Of a stretch of DNA of 64,000 bases, positions 14,118 through 26,900 are shown one piece after another (the first letter of the stretch is position 1; every line of letters starts with the position of its first letter). A program made the position numbers and the translations under genes. The notes beneath the pieces were generated by a model, which saw only the letters and a list, made by a program, of their open reading frames with translations, was not told the origin of the DNA and did no database searches. The stretch is from Patellaria atrata CBS 101060. Its lineage: Eukaryota. The stretch spans positions 124,001-188,000 of the forward strand of contig MU006101.1 in the NCBI GenBank assembly GCA_010093705.1, read 5' to 3'.

Positions 14118-16757
14118 TCAATGGACCCTCCGACCTCCCCACGCCCATTGAGTTGCACGAGCTCCACCGCCGTCGAAGGCTTTGTTGAAACCATAAGTCT
14201 GTTGTGCCGGCACCGCTACGCTCTCTTGATGGATCTCGGGTGGTTGCATGCTCTGTGGAGGTGCTGCAACCCAGTCGACCTTGATGGGTTGATCTCTGCT
14301 TAGTTTATGGCCGTTAAACCCTAAAAGCCGGGTTAGTGGAGTAGGGTTAAGGGTATTGAGGTGTGCAGAGACGTTAGGGGATTGAGGATTATGTGAGATT
14401 GGAAGGAACATAGTGGTGACGGTTTGAATGGATGGGCTTGATAGGACCTTACAAAGTTCGAAGCGGATGTCTGCAGGTCCGATGAGCACCTGAACTTCAT
14501 AGTCGACGCGGAAGTACGGTTTGCCCATATTCCAGAAGTGGCGGTTCTTTCTTTTGAACTCGCGCTCATCGGCGCCGGAGAGGTCGGATTGGAGATTGCA
14601 GAGGGTGCGGCATTCTGAGTTTAGGTCAGTCGCAGGTCCGTTTGTTGGAAGGTTTTGAAGTGACTATTAAGGGGCTATTACCTGCGTTCAATTGAAAGGG
14701 TAAAGCAGCACCGTCTAGGTAAGACACCACGATGCTTGTTGGAAACGCTCGACGAGGATCTCCTGGGATGATTTTACGGGAGAAAGTGTGGACTATCGGA
14801 TTCTCAATAGAGACCGGTTCGCCCTTCAAACATCAGTTGATGGATCTTCTTCGGGGAATTCCCCTTCTTACCTTCTTAATGAACCAATCAATAGCTTTAA
14901 CAACGTATTGCTTTTTGTTATAGGTATCTACCTCCGTTTTTCTCCCAGCGTGTTCTGGATTTTTTGGGTCATAGAGAATCTTGCAAATAGTTCCATAGGA
15001 TGCTCTGCAACATCTCATACCCAAAATTGCCTTTCCGACACGTAGTTTCCGAAGACGATCCCCTACGAGACCTTTGCAGACGGCTAATTGTGGATCCGGA
15101 GCGACCCTAACCTGCATTGTATGGCCTCCATGAGGGATTCCAGACTGAGGAGCATATCGCGATCTTAGTTGCTGTTGAACGTACGCCGAGTTCCCAAGAC
15201 CACCGGATAATACGAGATGTCCGACGTGTTCATTGGGTAATTTTCTTACAATGCTCCCCAATTGCGTATCTATTAATCGGAACAACTTCTGGACCTGTTT
15301 ATCGAAGACTGTCTGCAAGTCTGCTCTGTGATACAGTTAGTTATATATGACGGACGGTTTTCTTGCAACATACCTCGTGAACCTCATTTCACGATTCCCA
15401 ATGCCAAGGTTAGCATTGTTATATTCCGAGCGAAGACCAGGAATAGTGATAACAAAAGTCGGCGCATCATCCGGGGACCCAAACTCGCATTTTATATTCT
15501 GAAATTCTCGACTTTTCATCATCTCCCATGCGGTATCAAGCTTGCTGAGATTGAGAGGCTCAATCTGATCTGCTTGTTCCAAGCGAGCTCTAACCAGCTT
15601 TTCAAAATCATAGTCTATCGCTGCTGAACCGATGGTTTCACCTGGTCATTATAAGCCTAACTCCCGCGGTGATACATAGGAAATAGGGATATTTACCAAA
15701 GACTACATCCAGCTGATCTAAGGTCAGTGATCCACTTTGAGTATCTTTTACCCTTAATACAGAAAGATCCTACAAAATTGTCAATTTATATTCACACTAG
15801 GATTGCAACAGAACGTACAGTTGTTCCCCCGCCAGCGTCACATACTAATAGTATATCGCTTTCCTACGGACAGTTAGTATAGTACAGTATTGATTATTTC
15901 TCTCAGAGTCTGACTTGAAATATACCGGCAGCATCGGATAACATGTGCACAGCGGCTGCCTCAGCTTCTGTGAGCCCAATAGTGACAGTATGATTCCGGG
16001 AAGACCCATAGCCAGCACGCTGGATTATAGATCTAAAGCGTTCGACAGTAGGGTGTGGCTCCCATGTTGTGGGGACACTGAAGACGAACTCTATCCGTGC
16101 ATCCTGCCATAGTAAACCGGATCCAGACAGCTCAGGGGTAAGTTTGAATTGAATATGTTGATACAACAATCTCATGTAATCTTCATACCATTTCTCCACT
16201 TGCTCAATAGACTCGGCAGCATCGTTTGGGTCATCTCTCTGTTTTTGCTGGAGTCTGGTAACGTCTAAGTATGTCTTGAACCATTCGACGTATTCCTTGT
16301 TCTCCGCCGTCTGTTCTGCTGTCGTTTCTGACAGAAATCCCCATGACGAAGGATGAGGTTGATTGGTAGGGTATACGAGAACCGTGGGAACCTTGAAAGA
16401 CAATTAGTGTATAATTCAATGATCATATACATCTAGTATTTACCTTGTTCTCGTTTGCTTGTCCCCGTCCAGGCCATTTTTGTATCCATCTGATGTTTTC
16501 AGATCCAAGTGTAAGATTTGCATATGATACACCAGTGCCTAGATTGAATATGAGTAAATAGAGAATCTCAATTTAGTCTTTTCTCAATGGGACCACAAAC
16601 TTACATGTCATACCAAAATCTATCCCGCTGTGAAGTTGAAGTTCACCTTAGTCAGCCACTTACTCCAGGCGGGAAGGGAGCGGAGCGGGGATACTTGGCA
16701 TTAGAACTATGGTCGCGAAACTTACACGATCATATGAGGACGACCTTCACCTTCCAT
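14118..16757 (-). CDS. Hsp70-like ATPase of the HSPA12-type fungal subfamily (multi-exon)
   Basis: The spliced N-terminus reads MEGEGRPHMIVGIDFGMTCTGVSYA..WPGRGQANENKVPTVLVY. Further actin/Hsp70 ATPase motifs: FSVPTTW, LTEAEAAAVH, LVCDAGGGTT/DLSVL, LVLSGGLGNSAYV and CCRASYG. Confidence 0.9.
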
Positions 16758-17569
16758 TTTTTAATCAGACCGAAAGTGAGCTCTCCTACTCAAGACAACA
16801 ATATTTTTCTCGATGACTGCTCAAATCTTAAGGTCTTCTCTACAAGGCTTGATGAGGTCCTCAGTCAACAAGGCTGTTATCTAACAACCATTAGCTGGTT
16901 TTGGACCCCACCGATCCTTTTTTACTCAATCCCACGCCGTATCTACGCCCAGTCTTGCTTATGTCCATATTTTTATCACATTTTTCTCCTTCATGCATGC
17001 ACCCAGCCTCTTGTACCACTCGGTTGGTGGGTACGGGCTTAATCCAAGGCTTCCAGAGCCACAGCCTTGTGAGAGCAAACATGGGTCAAGCCTGGCCCCG
17101 ATGCCACAGGAACTCTCACGTCCCATGGTGTGTTTAGCATTTGACATTCAATAGCTTTCAGTGCTCCCCATACCAATAATGCAAGTCGAGACCATACCAT
17201 ATGTATACTTTGTCAAGGGCCTGTGTGCTACAAAGGTATTTCGTGAGGGATATATGAGCCTTCCCACACAAACTTTTGTAAAATTTCTCTCTCCTTAACT
17301 CCATTCACATACTGGAGCTTACTGGAGCTCCTTAAGTTCAATAAACTTGGTGCTTAACCACCTCATGATATAGACTCACCTTTACTCTCCAAACATCTTT
17401 GTCCACAGATTTTATCATACTCTTTTGAAGGCGCTGGACACATTATGCTTTTATCTAGAACAGTCGCCTTGCTTTTAACACCCCCTTAGCGGTGTATCTT
17501 TTAGTGATTTCCCAACCTACATCGTTATATAGTTGTTTCACCCTCTTATAACTCACGATCTATTTCCTC

Positions 17570-19155
17570 ATGACAGAACTAAGCACAGCTATTATTAGTG
17601 TCCCTTCCTTTGAATCTTTCACATTAGCGCTCTACGTAACTGACCAACAAACCTTTGTACGCTCAGGAACGAGGAATTATCCAGTTCCCACCAGTTTTGC
17701 CCATACCGTCGGAGAAATAGGAGTTTCAATTGGCGCCTCACCGAGTTTTGCTATATCTGTGGATAGAACTATTAATAATATTCCCACCCCTTTGGATACG
17801 ACGAATGTGGGAGCTATATGGACAAAGGCATCACCAAGACCCACCGGTGCAGCGGCTTCTGACGAAACTCTACTAATACCATCGACGACTAGCTCTCCTC
17901 CGGGGGAAACTTTGTCCAGTACCGAAATACCTTCCCCTCAAAGTACGAACCCTGTGCTTATCCCCGCATCGGTGTCTAATATAACGTCAGGGAGTGACCC
18001 AAATGGGATTTCACCTCCTACTTCTCCTTTGACTACACCAACCGCAAACTCAACAATTTCATCAGAAAACTCTACGGCACCATCAGCCGTAAACACTTCG
18101 GGTATAAGCACCGGCAGCGGATCTGGGATCAGCTCAGGCGAAGCGACAGGTATTGCAATTGGATGTCTTATCGCTGGCGCTCTCATAGGATGTGCCGCAT
18201 TATGGTTCTTTTTGAGGAAGACCCGCCGTGATCGACGAAGTGGACCAGAATCTGGCACAGTTAGGGATGAGTCATATCTAACCAGGGAAAAAGAACCGAT
18301 AAAAGGGGCTATTGCAACGACGAGTTTAGATCCTCAATCTCCCGCAGCAATCATAGAAAATACTCTACCTCAGCCATTAGAGGATAATGCAATCTCAGGA
18401 GAATGGTCCAAAATATCTAGTTCGATAAAAAATCACGTCAAGAGTTACTATAATGTTGGGAACTCTCCTACCGCCATAAAATCAACTACCATTGATGCCT
18501 TGGACAAAGAATTACCACTTCCGAGCTCCAAACTTGCCTCTTTGGTGTCTTCCCCCAAGACTCGTACGCCCACGTTGCGTTTACTCATAGCATGGGTTAT
18601 TATCTCCAGAATCACCTTAGACAGCGGACCACATGCTACATTCTTACCTCCAGACGTTGCTGGGTGTGTACAGTTTATGACTGCTATGTCAAATGATGAA
18701 CGTAGTACGTATCTTATAAAGAATTTTAAGTTAGAAATATCTAACCTTATGCTTTAGGAAGAGTCGCATTTCTAAGTAAATGGCGCACGATTACTGCAGC
18801 CTTGATGCAGACAACATATGGCAAAAGCGAGGCCCCGCTGAATGATCCCAGAGAGCACAACATTGCTAAGGCTCTTAGAGCTTTAGATAACGTACTGCGG
18901 CCTCTGTGTGACCCACTGGGCGTAGATGACAGTCAAAGGATTCGTAACCTTGAAGCAATTCTCCGGAGAGCTGCTCGGTTTGGGTTTACCCTGTTCTCGC
19001 AGCCAAGTTCATGGAAGTTTGAGTGGGAGGTCGGAGAGGTACTGGGAGAATATGAGATGGTAGTGTTTCCAGCCTTGTTGCAGACTGTCAACGAGGCTGG
19101 ACGAAAATTGGCGAGGCCGAGAGAATTCAGCGAGGCTGAGGTGGATAAGATGTAG
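17570..19155 (+). CDS. Single-pass membrane protein: Ser/Thr/Pro-rich ectodomain, one TM helix, conserved helical cytoplasmic domain
   Basis: ORF 17570-18757 plus an intron (~18707-18757) joins to ..FLSKWRTITAALMQ..LEAILRRAARFGFTLFSQPSSWKFEW..VVFPALLQ. The TM segment GIAIGCLIAGALIGCAALWFFL is followed by basic RKTRRDRR. Confidence 0.85.
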
Positions 19156-20684
19156 CGTTATGGAATAGTGTAATGGGATGGAGTAACTCAGAGGATCTTC
19201 GCTGTATGAACTTTTCCTGGACCCCGATATTGTTGAGAGTGATAGGTGAGGATTGCGGCTTCGTGCATCTGTGGATGGTAGAGTTAGATGTCTTTTCGTT
19301 GTTTGCTCCATCAATTGTACTCTGTTTAAGCCTCCCACTAGTTCTACTGCAGCCAAGCGCACTAGTCCGTTTTGGCCCCCATGGCTTTTTTGGGACGAAT
19401 ATCAATGGTCCAGAGAAAATCCCCTCCATGCCCAGCAACGGACACCGCATGTCTTTCACCCCTTTGCTCTTTCGGACGGGGGTTGAGGAACGAAAAATGC
19501 GATCCCACTCAAGACGTCTAAATCTTTCGTCCGGGATCTTCTCCCACTATCGGTAATACTGTTCTGTACAGTACCAGTTGTGGGGGCCATAGCACTCACC
19601 TCAGCACCATGGGCCAGCCTACAGTACTCGGTATATGTTCAGAATGAGAGCCCCGCGCCGCGTTCAACTTCCAGTAGGTTTGAGGGCTAAGTCCTCAGCT
19701 TGAGGTAGAACTATAGTGGTCCTCTTCTAGCAGCCATCGGCTGTTGGCACTGATTTGAGCCGTTCTCCAGCACCTGTCTTGGTCATCGGTGCGCTTTATT
19801 CTTTCTCACTCTATGCTAGGAATAATACTTTTCCTGTATATCTAATTCCGCATTGAACCAAAACACGTTCCCCTATTGCAAGAGACTAAAGAAGGGTGTT
19901 GTACCTATTAGTGATAGGTCACAACGGAGGAATTAGCTATACAGCTAAGCCGAAACCCTGAATCTGGATCAAGATCCCTCAGACCTACGTACAGTTGATG
20001 GTATCAAACATGAAGGAACGACAATAGAAGTATGGAAAAGAGAAATACTACTTTACCTTAGTGAACTCCCTCTAGCCTAATCGAGTGGAAGTCACCACCG
20101 AGTTTGTTGTCCCCCGTAGAATCCGATAGATATACTTGTAACAATGTCCTCAAACGGTATTCGCGCACGGCTAGCGGGACAGGTACCTCCATCCTACGTC
20201 CCGAACCCCTTTTCGGGGCAGATGTCATATCATTCAACATTTCTCACCCAAGGAGAGTCGACATCAGCACGACAATCACGTACAGACATTAATGTATCCC
20301 TAGAATCGCCGTCTCTGGTTGATACGAATAGTCGGCTAGAAGAGAAGAATGAGATAATGAAGGGTTCAGGAAGAAGAAGATGTAGCCATCTAAATATGAG
20401 CACGGATTCATTCGAAAATTTTGGGCACTTTAGGCCTCGAAGCTCTAGTAAGTTTCACTTTTTTTTTTTACTGCATCATATAGGGAAGACCTCGAGTGTG
20501 ATACTGTTGTTTATATGTTGGCACCTATTGGAACCAAATAAATCTTCACTCGTACTCGTAACCAGGAGTTTCTGTTAAATTAGGCGTATAACGAGCGGCT
20601 AGTTTCCACTGCGGAGGGGATGAATGTATAGAGATATTAGGACAATGCTGACTGAATAAAGGCTCACAAGACACTTGTTCCAGT

Positions 20685-23114
20685 ATGCCGTCATCACAGA
20701 GCCCTATGAATAACATATCGATAACATCAGATACGAATTCCATAAGTCAATGTTCGCAGTACAATCAATTTGAGCCAAACTTTAATCTAAACCGGCCTCA
20801 TTCTCGTCCGTCATCTATAGGTCAGTCTGATGTAGAATCTACCTCCTCGAGGGAACAGAAAAATCGCCCTGCTGTTATATATGAGCTTGAGGCGATCGAA
20901 GCTACTCATTCACGATCATCTGGGTTATCGACCACAGCAGAAAGCCCACCCGGCCGACCATCATATATTCCATATTCGCCACCATTACAAACATCACCAT
21001 CACCTGGCAGCGCCCCTGCGGTTGAAGGCGAGAACGCACGTCGCGATGTACGTCAGAAATTTCAGATTCCTACAATGCCACGTTCTGCGGCACAACCAGG
21101 GTCCTCTTCCCCCACACCGGTAAACCATGAATCAAGAGGTTTAACACATAATTTTCATGATTCGCTGTCACAAGCGAAAACGGAGACAAATCTCCTTTAC
21201 GGAATATCTCAAGCTCCTGAATTACCGAATATTGAATCGCTGTCGAAGACTATCCAGACGATTACAGTAACAGACCGAGTAGCAACGCTGTTCGCAAATC
21301 TGCCACACATATTGAGATCAAAAAGGGATGACACTCGTCCAACAGAGGTATTTGCTCAACAGCGGTCTACTCCACAATTGCACCTCGGACCATTTTCTAT
21401 ATCGTCCCCATCCACTCTAGCAATAGAATCCACAGACTCTGCATCATCGGACTCGCCACCAAAAGATGTACGGAAAGGCTTCCGTAAACAGAGCGCTCAT
21501 TGGGCTACGAATGAATTTCTAGAGCACATGAAAGTGCCGTCTCTTCGTCCACCGAGCCCAAGTGGACATTTTCGTCGTGCCTCCACTCCTGTATACCCAC
21601 CTCAAAATGGACGTGGAGGGAGTATACCGAACATTTCACTCACTACTCCAACTGTTTCTCAATCAGATCAAAACTGCGTAGTTGGGCCTTCTAGCAATAA
21701 CCCTAGAGTCTTCGCTAGCCCCATTATGGGAGATATTGGGAGAAGACACGCTCCTCCACGATCGATAACTGAGCCAGTACTCCAATCACAGAACTTATTG
21801 AATCAAAGTTCAAAGGTCCAACCATACGCCCAACATCATTATATGAGCCCAGTTATTCGGTTTCCGAGAAAGTCAGTACCGGGTGCTCCGCAAATACCTC
21901 CCAAAATACCTCTCACTGAGTCCCAGCAAATGGAACTTACTTCAAGTCGTTTCCTCCCGCAAAACGGCTCTATAACAAAATCAATTGGGGAACCGCAATC
22001 TTTTCCACCCGACCCTTCTGGATCTTCGCATCGGCAAACTTTCTTCCAACCCGAGAACCCTATTTCCCACTATCCTCTCGGCTCCCGCCCCGTTACCACC
22101 TTAGATCCTTCTGTAAAGAACGTATCTTCTCAGAGAACAGGAAGCGGTCGATACATTTGGGCTCAACCGCTCCATCATCCACCTCCACCAGACTTTGACC
22201 TTGACCTTGACCTTGACCTTAAGCCCGGCCCTTCAAACTCTGCTGCAGATACCGAAATTCCACACGGGCGGTCTAGCGAGCATGGTCAGGAAGAAGGAGA
22301 CCATACTCAACAGTCGGACGTAGACAGAGTGCCAATGCTATATCCGACGCCTTCCAACACGAGTAATAGGCGCTACGCATGGTCACTTCCCCTCCACTAC
22401 TCCCCTCCTCTTGAACTCGACTCCGAACCTTCAGGACATACCTCTGACGCCGAATCCCCGCAACTACATCCCCAAGAGCACGTGAATAAAGAAACTCACA
22501 CAAGGGAAAGTCCCAGCGCAAACAATCTACCACTGCAGAAACTTCAAACATCGTACAACGGCTCATTTACCACCTTTACCACCCTCTCACCACTTAACCA
22601 CCCGCCTCCACAAACGACGAAGCCATCTCCGCCCTGCAGACCCACCCTAGAGTCCTCAATCCCCCAGTTCCGCCCAGGACGCAATATATCGCACACATCC
22701 CACCCAGAACCCCAATCCCCACCCCTCGCCGGCCGCTACACATGGTCCCAGCGTCCCTCCACCCCTGCTGCCGTCGCGTCTCCGAATCCCATAGTCCCGC
22801 AAAGTAGCCATTATCCACACCGCGAGCGTGCAAACCAGACGCCTGAGATTGAAATACGGCTCTATCACGCACCTACCACGGGGACGAGGACGGGGACAGA
22901 AGCAGAGACGAAGCAATCACACCCCCAACCACGCCGCTACGCGTGGGCCCTTCCGTCCACGAACCCACCAGAACTACCCGCGCCCGAGCCTAGTCTCCCA
23001 CACGCGACACAAACATCGGAACGCACGAAAACGCCGGAAAGTGTCGAGGCAGTAGGCATGACGGTCGCGGAGAAGAGGCGAAGGGCCGCGAGGAGGAGGA
23101 TGCAAGGTATTTAG
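20685..23114 (+). CDS. Pro/Ser-rich, probably disordered hypothetical protein with repeated RY(A/I/T)W motifs
   Basis: Uninterrupted 809-aa ATG ORF. An upstream exon starting at 20144 is possible but not established. Confidence 0.7.
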   Translation: MPSSQSPMNNISITSDTNSISQCSQYNQFEPNFNLNRPHSRPSSIGQSDVESTSSREQKNRPAVIYELEAIEATHSRSSGLSTTAESPPGRPSYIPYSPPLQTSPSPGSAPAVEGENARRDVRQKFQIPTMPRSAAQPGSSSPTPVNHESRGLTHNFHDSLSQAKTETNLLYGISQAPELPNIESLSKTIQTITVTDRVATLFANLPHILRSKRDDTRPTEVFAQQRSTPQLHLGPFSISSPSTLAIESTDSASSDSPPKDVRKGFRKQSAHWATNEFLEHMKVPSLRPPSPSGHFRRASTPVYPPQNGRGGSIPNISLTTPTVSQSDQNCVVGPSSNNPRVFASPIMGDIGRRHAPPRSITEPVLQSQNLLNQSSKVQPYAQHHYMSPVIRFPRKSVPGAPQIPPKIPLTESQQMELTSSRFLPQNGSITKSIGEPQSFPPDPSGSSHRQTFFQPENPISHYPLGSRPVTTLDPSVKNVSSQRTGSGRYIWAQPLHHPPPPDFDLDLDLDLKPGPSNSAADTEIPHGRSSEHGQEEGDHTQQSDVDRVPMLYPTPSNTSNRRYAWSLPLHYSPPLELDSEPSGHTSDAESPQLHPQEHVNKETHTRESPSANNLPLQKLQTSYNGSFTTFTTLSPLNHPPPQTTKPSPPCRPTLESSIPQFRPGRNISHTSHPEPQSPPLAGRYTWSQRPSTPAAVASPNPIVPQSSHYPHRERANQTPEIEIRLYHAPTTGTRTGTEAETKQSHPQPRRYAWALPSTNPPELPAPEPSLPHATQTSERTKTPESVEAVGMTVAEKRRRAARRRMQGI

Positions 23115-23905
23115 TCGGGTTCCTTATTGGGGACTTTGGGGACTTTATAATCTTGCGATTTAGGAGGTTTTGATGGGATCTGGAGATTGGAGGTCATATC
23201 TCTTGTGTGTCCTGGGATGTTTGAGCGGGTCGGTCGGTGTAGTGTGGTGTTTGAGTGGTCGGTCGGTGTGGGTGTATGGTGCCGAGGGGTTTAATCGGTC
23301 CGTGGATGGAATGGAATGGGGATACGATAGGATGTATGGACGTGAGGGCGTATTTTCTGGCCTTTTCCGTCTGGAGTCATTTTGCACTGGAACATGCTAT
23401 GGTAACAGTAGTGAATCTGGACAAAATGGGGAAAGGGTACTGAGCAATGCTTTCAGCTCAGGAGTGTAAGGACATGAGGATTGGCGGGTAGAGGTATTCT
23501 GCTTCAGTTCTAAGCTCAACGTCTGATATTAGGACATTAGGGGCTTGACAGATATAACCAAGTCAAATAAGCCCGGTAGAGTAATATAGTTCCGAAGAGC
23601 GTGGTCTTTGCACCATCACAGAGCATGCAACAAACAAACCAAGCAACGTGACAATATCGAACCTCAGCTATCTGCTACCTAGACGTGCTAGTGAAAAGAA
23701 CCACTCGCGTGGATATGAAACATTAGAAAAATACCTCGGGGGAGAAAATGAGCACATCCCAATCCGACGCTATGCAACTATCCATGTCCCACAAGAACCC
23801 AATTGATATCCTATACCGGGCCATTGCCCATGGAAGTCAATGATACTGCAAGACGCACACAAGACCACAACTCCCATCGCTGTGCTTACCAGAAAACCTA
23901 GATAC

Positions 23906-26900
23906 TCATTCCTCGTCATCATCAACATCAGCACCAATACCAGAGTCCCTGTACGCGGGCTCATTCAACCTGCGACGACCCTTCTTGACCTTTTCAACCT
24001 TGACGACTTCGACGGTGGGGCCAAGCTCCTCCAAAGCCTCCACAGCTTCAAGATTCTCGTTGCTTTCATCGACAAACACCTGATTGCTCATCTCGGTGCG
24101 CTTGAACGCTTCCTTGATCAGCGCATCTTGCTCCATGAGCGCGTTCTTGCCCTTCCTGACTTGAGCCCTGAAGCGCTCCTTGAGCTCTGCGATCGTCGCA
24201 GCCTGCTTCTCGATAACCGTGGCACGCTGGGTTGCAATCGTTGTCAATTCCTCGACCTCTCGCTGCTTCTGGCTTTCGAGGAGAGCGTACGCATCACGTT
24301 CGCGGCCGAGACTGTCGGAGAGGGACTTGATGCTAGCGTCCATGACCTCGATGCGCTTATTCTGGGCGTCGATGGTATCCGAGTTCTTAACTTGGTATTC
24401 CAGCATTTGGTTTGCTTCATCCTCGACACGACGTTCCAAACTTGCATTCTCTTCTTCAAGGGCGTTGATCTTGGAGTGGGTATCGTCGAGCTCGAATTCA
24501 AGTCCATTGATGCGCTCGTCGCGCTCGGTGATGCCCTGTTTGTGAACATCTTCCAGTTCAATGATCCGACTTTGAAGGTTTTGGACTTCAGTATCTCGTT
24601 GATCGACAGCATGTTTGAGCTCTGCAACCTTGTCTTCGAGAGCATTGATCTGAGCAGCGGTGGTGCGGCGATGGGCGTCATGGTTGTCTTGAATCGTCTT
24701 GAGCTCGTTGTTAAGGCTCTTAACTTTTTCGCTACGCTTCTTGACCACCTCTTCCTTTTCGGCGGCAAGAGATGAGATTTCTTGCTCCATCTCGGCGATC
24801 TGCGTCTCCAATGCAGCAATGGTATCATCACGTTCTTTGACCGAGCTCTCGAGAGCTTCTTGAAGCTCACCTTCTTTTGCTAGTTGGTCTGCGAATTCGG
24901 TTTCGCGCTCTGCGGCAGCACTCTGCAGTTTAGTGATCTCGCCTTCCTTCTTCACTTGCATTTCGAACATCTTTTGACGGAGTTCATTGGCTTGAATTCC
25001 AGTACTGTGGATACGCTTTTCCAGATCGTCAATGCGGACCTTAGCCTCGTCGTTTGCTTCTTCGGCAAGCTCACGTTGATGACGCTCGCTTTCAATGTTA
25101 GCATGGAGTTGTTTGATCTCAGAGCGGAGTTCGTCGACGGTTTGTTCAGCTTTCTCGATCGTGACTTCGAGTTTGTTTGTATCCTCCATCTTCTGGATAA
25201 GTGTGTTCTCCACGGCTTCACGGGTGCTACGTTCTTTTTCGATAAGGGATTCGAGATTCTTAAGACGATCACGTAGACCATCGAGATCATTCTCCATAGA
25301 TCCAACACGTTCTTCAAGAGCGGTAGTATATTGGGCACTGTTCTGGAGCTCTTCGTCTGCAGCGATAAGATTTTCTCGCTCATCGTTGAGCTCCGCTTCC
25401 AACTTCAAAACTACCTCGGCATGATCAGATTGGAGCTGTGAGATCGCAGCAGCATGATCGTTTTCCATTTGTGTAACGATCTGCTCAGTTCGTGAAAGAT
25501 CCTCAGTCACACTGTTAAGTGCATTCTGCAGCCGCTCAATCGAAGTTACCTGATTCTGGGATTCAGTGGCAAGCTCTTCGAATTCATGATCTTTACGAGA
25601 GATCAATACGTCCCGATCCTCTAGGTTATCTTGTAAAGTGCCGACTAGTTCCTTCAGAGTTGTGATTGTCCTGATGCTGTCCTCGTTTGCATGATCCAAA
25701 GTGTGCCATCGTTCTTCAAGTGTGGTATGCTTCTCGTCAAGCTCGGACAGCTTCTCAATGAGACCTTTGTTCTGTGCACGAACGGCAGACTCAACTTCCT
25801 TGCATTGTCGAAGGATTTCAGTCTTTTCGCGAATATCTTCCAGGAGATCCTTGATGTGAACGACTGTTGCATGCAAGAGATCCCTATCCGTGACTTCCGG
25901 GCTGGTGCGACCAGGTAGAAGGTTTTCCAAGTCGACGCGAAACTGACGGAAAGCTTCTCGAAGAGATGAGGTGATGATAGTGATGACATCTCCTTCTTGG
26001 GCAAAGCCAAGACTATGCAGTTCAATCGTCAGCATCTGCAGAGATGTTTCTAGACGAGCATTCACGGTCTTTGCGGTCAATAGCGCTGCCTCGTAGCTCT
26101 GGACATCAGCTTCATGAGTGGGATCTGCAACAGTAACTTGACTAGCATTGAAACTTGAAGCGAAAGTCTGACTGATTTGAAGATCCTCTTGCGAGGCCGT
26201 CATATCTTCGTGGGTGATGTTGATATCTTCGGGTTCAATGAAAGGCACATCATCGTCATCATCGGATGCGATTCCATCATCAGCCATAGGAATATCTTCA
26301 TCGTTGATGTACTGTGAAGGTGCGGCAGATGCTTCACGAGCAGCTAGTTGCTGCCTTAACTGCTGTAACTCTGCTTCCGTCTCCTTAACCTTTTCGTGAG
26401 CATCGTCTGAGTCCACCTGAATAGCGAATTGACGTTGAGTTTCCAACTCCAAAGACATTTCGTTCTCTCTCTCCTTCATCCGAGCAATGACTTCTTTGGC
26501 TTTTCTAAGTTGACGGTCTTTCTGATGTTCTTCATTCACAATTTCGTTCACCTCTTCGGAGAGGTGGCTACGTCGTAAACGTCTCCTTGTCCTGCTGTCA
26601 AGGACGTCTCGCAATGGAGCGAACTGAACATTGCTAATGGAATTTGTGTTCAATGAAGAATTGACGTTTCCGGGTAGTGAAGATCGGGATCGTATCTTGA
26701 ATTTCTTGGTAGTTTGTTGAGATGTGGCAGTGAGGGTCGGTGTAGATTCGTCCACCGCCAGAAGATCTGTATCAGTATGGCGTTTACTCTTGGTGATACG
26801 GCTGCGTTGAGGGGCGACGTCGATAGACTCGGCGTCCACGGCACTGTCTATGACAACATTTACGGTATCGTCCCGGGTATGCTCGACATTATATTGAAGT

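Noticed and set aside
14314..14355. TAAACCCTAA / TAGGGTTAAGGG telomere-like words (also near 50455)
   Set aside because: Only one or two imperfect units, located in an intron or exon edge or a 5' region; consistent with chance.
23840..25424. Long plus-strand ORFs (311, 121, 130, 109 aa)
   Set aside because: Antisense shadows of the coiled-coil gene; their Leu/Phe-rich composition is what the reverse complement of Glu/Lys codons gives.
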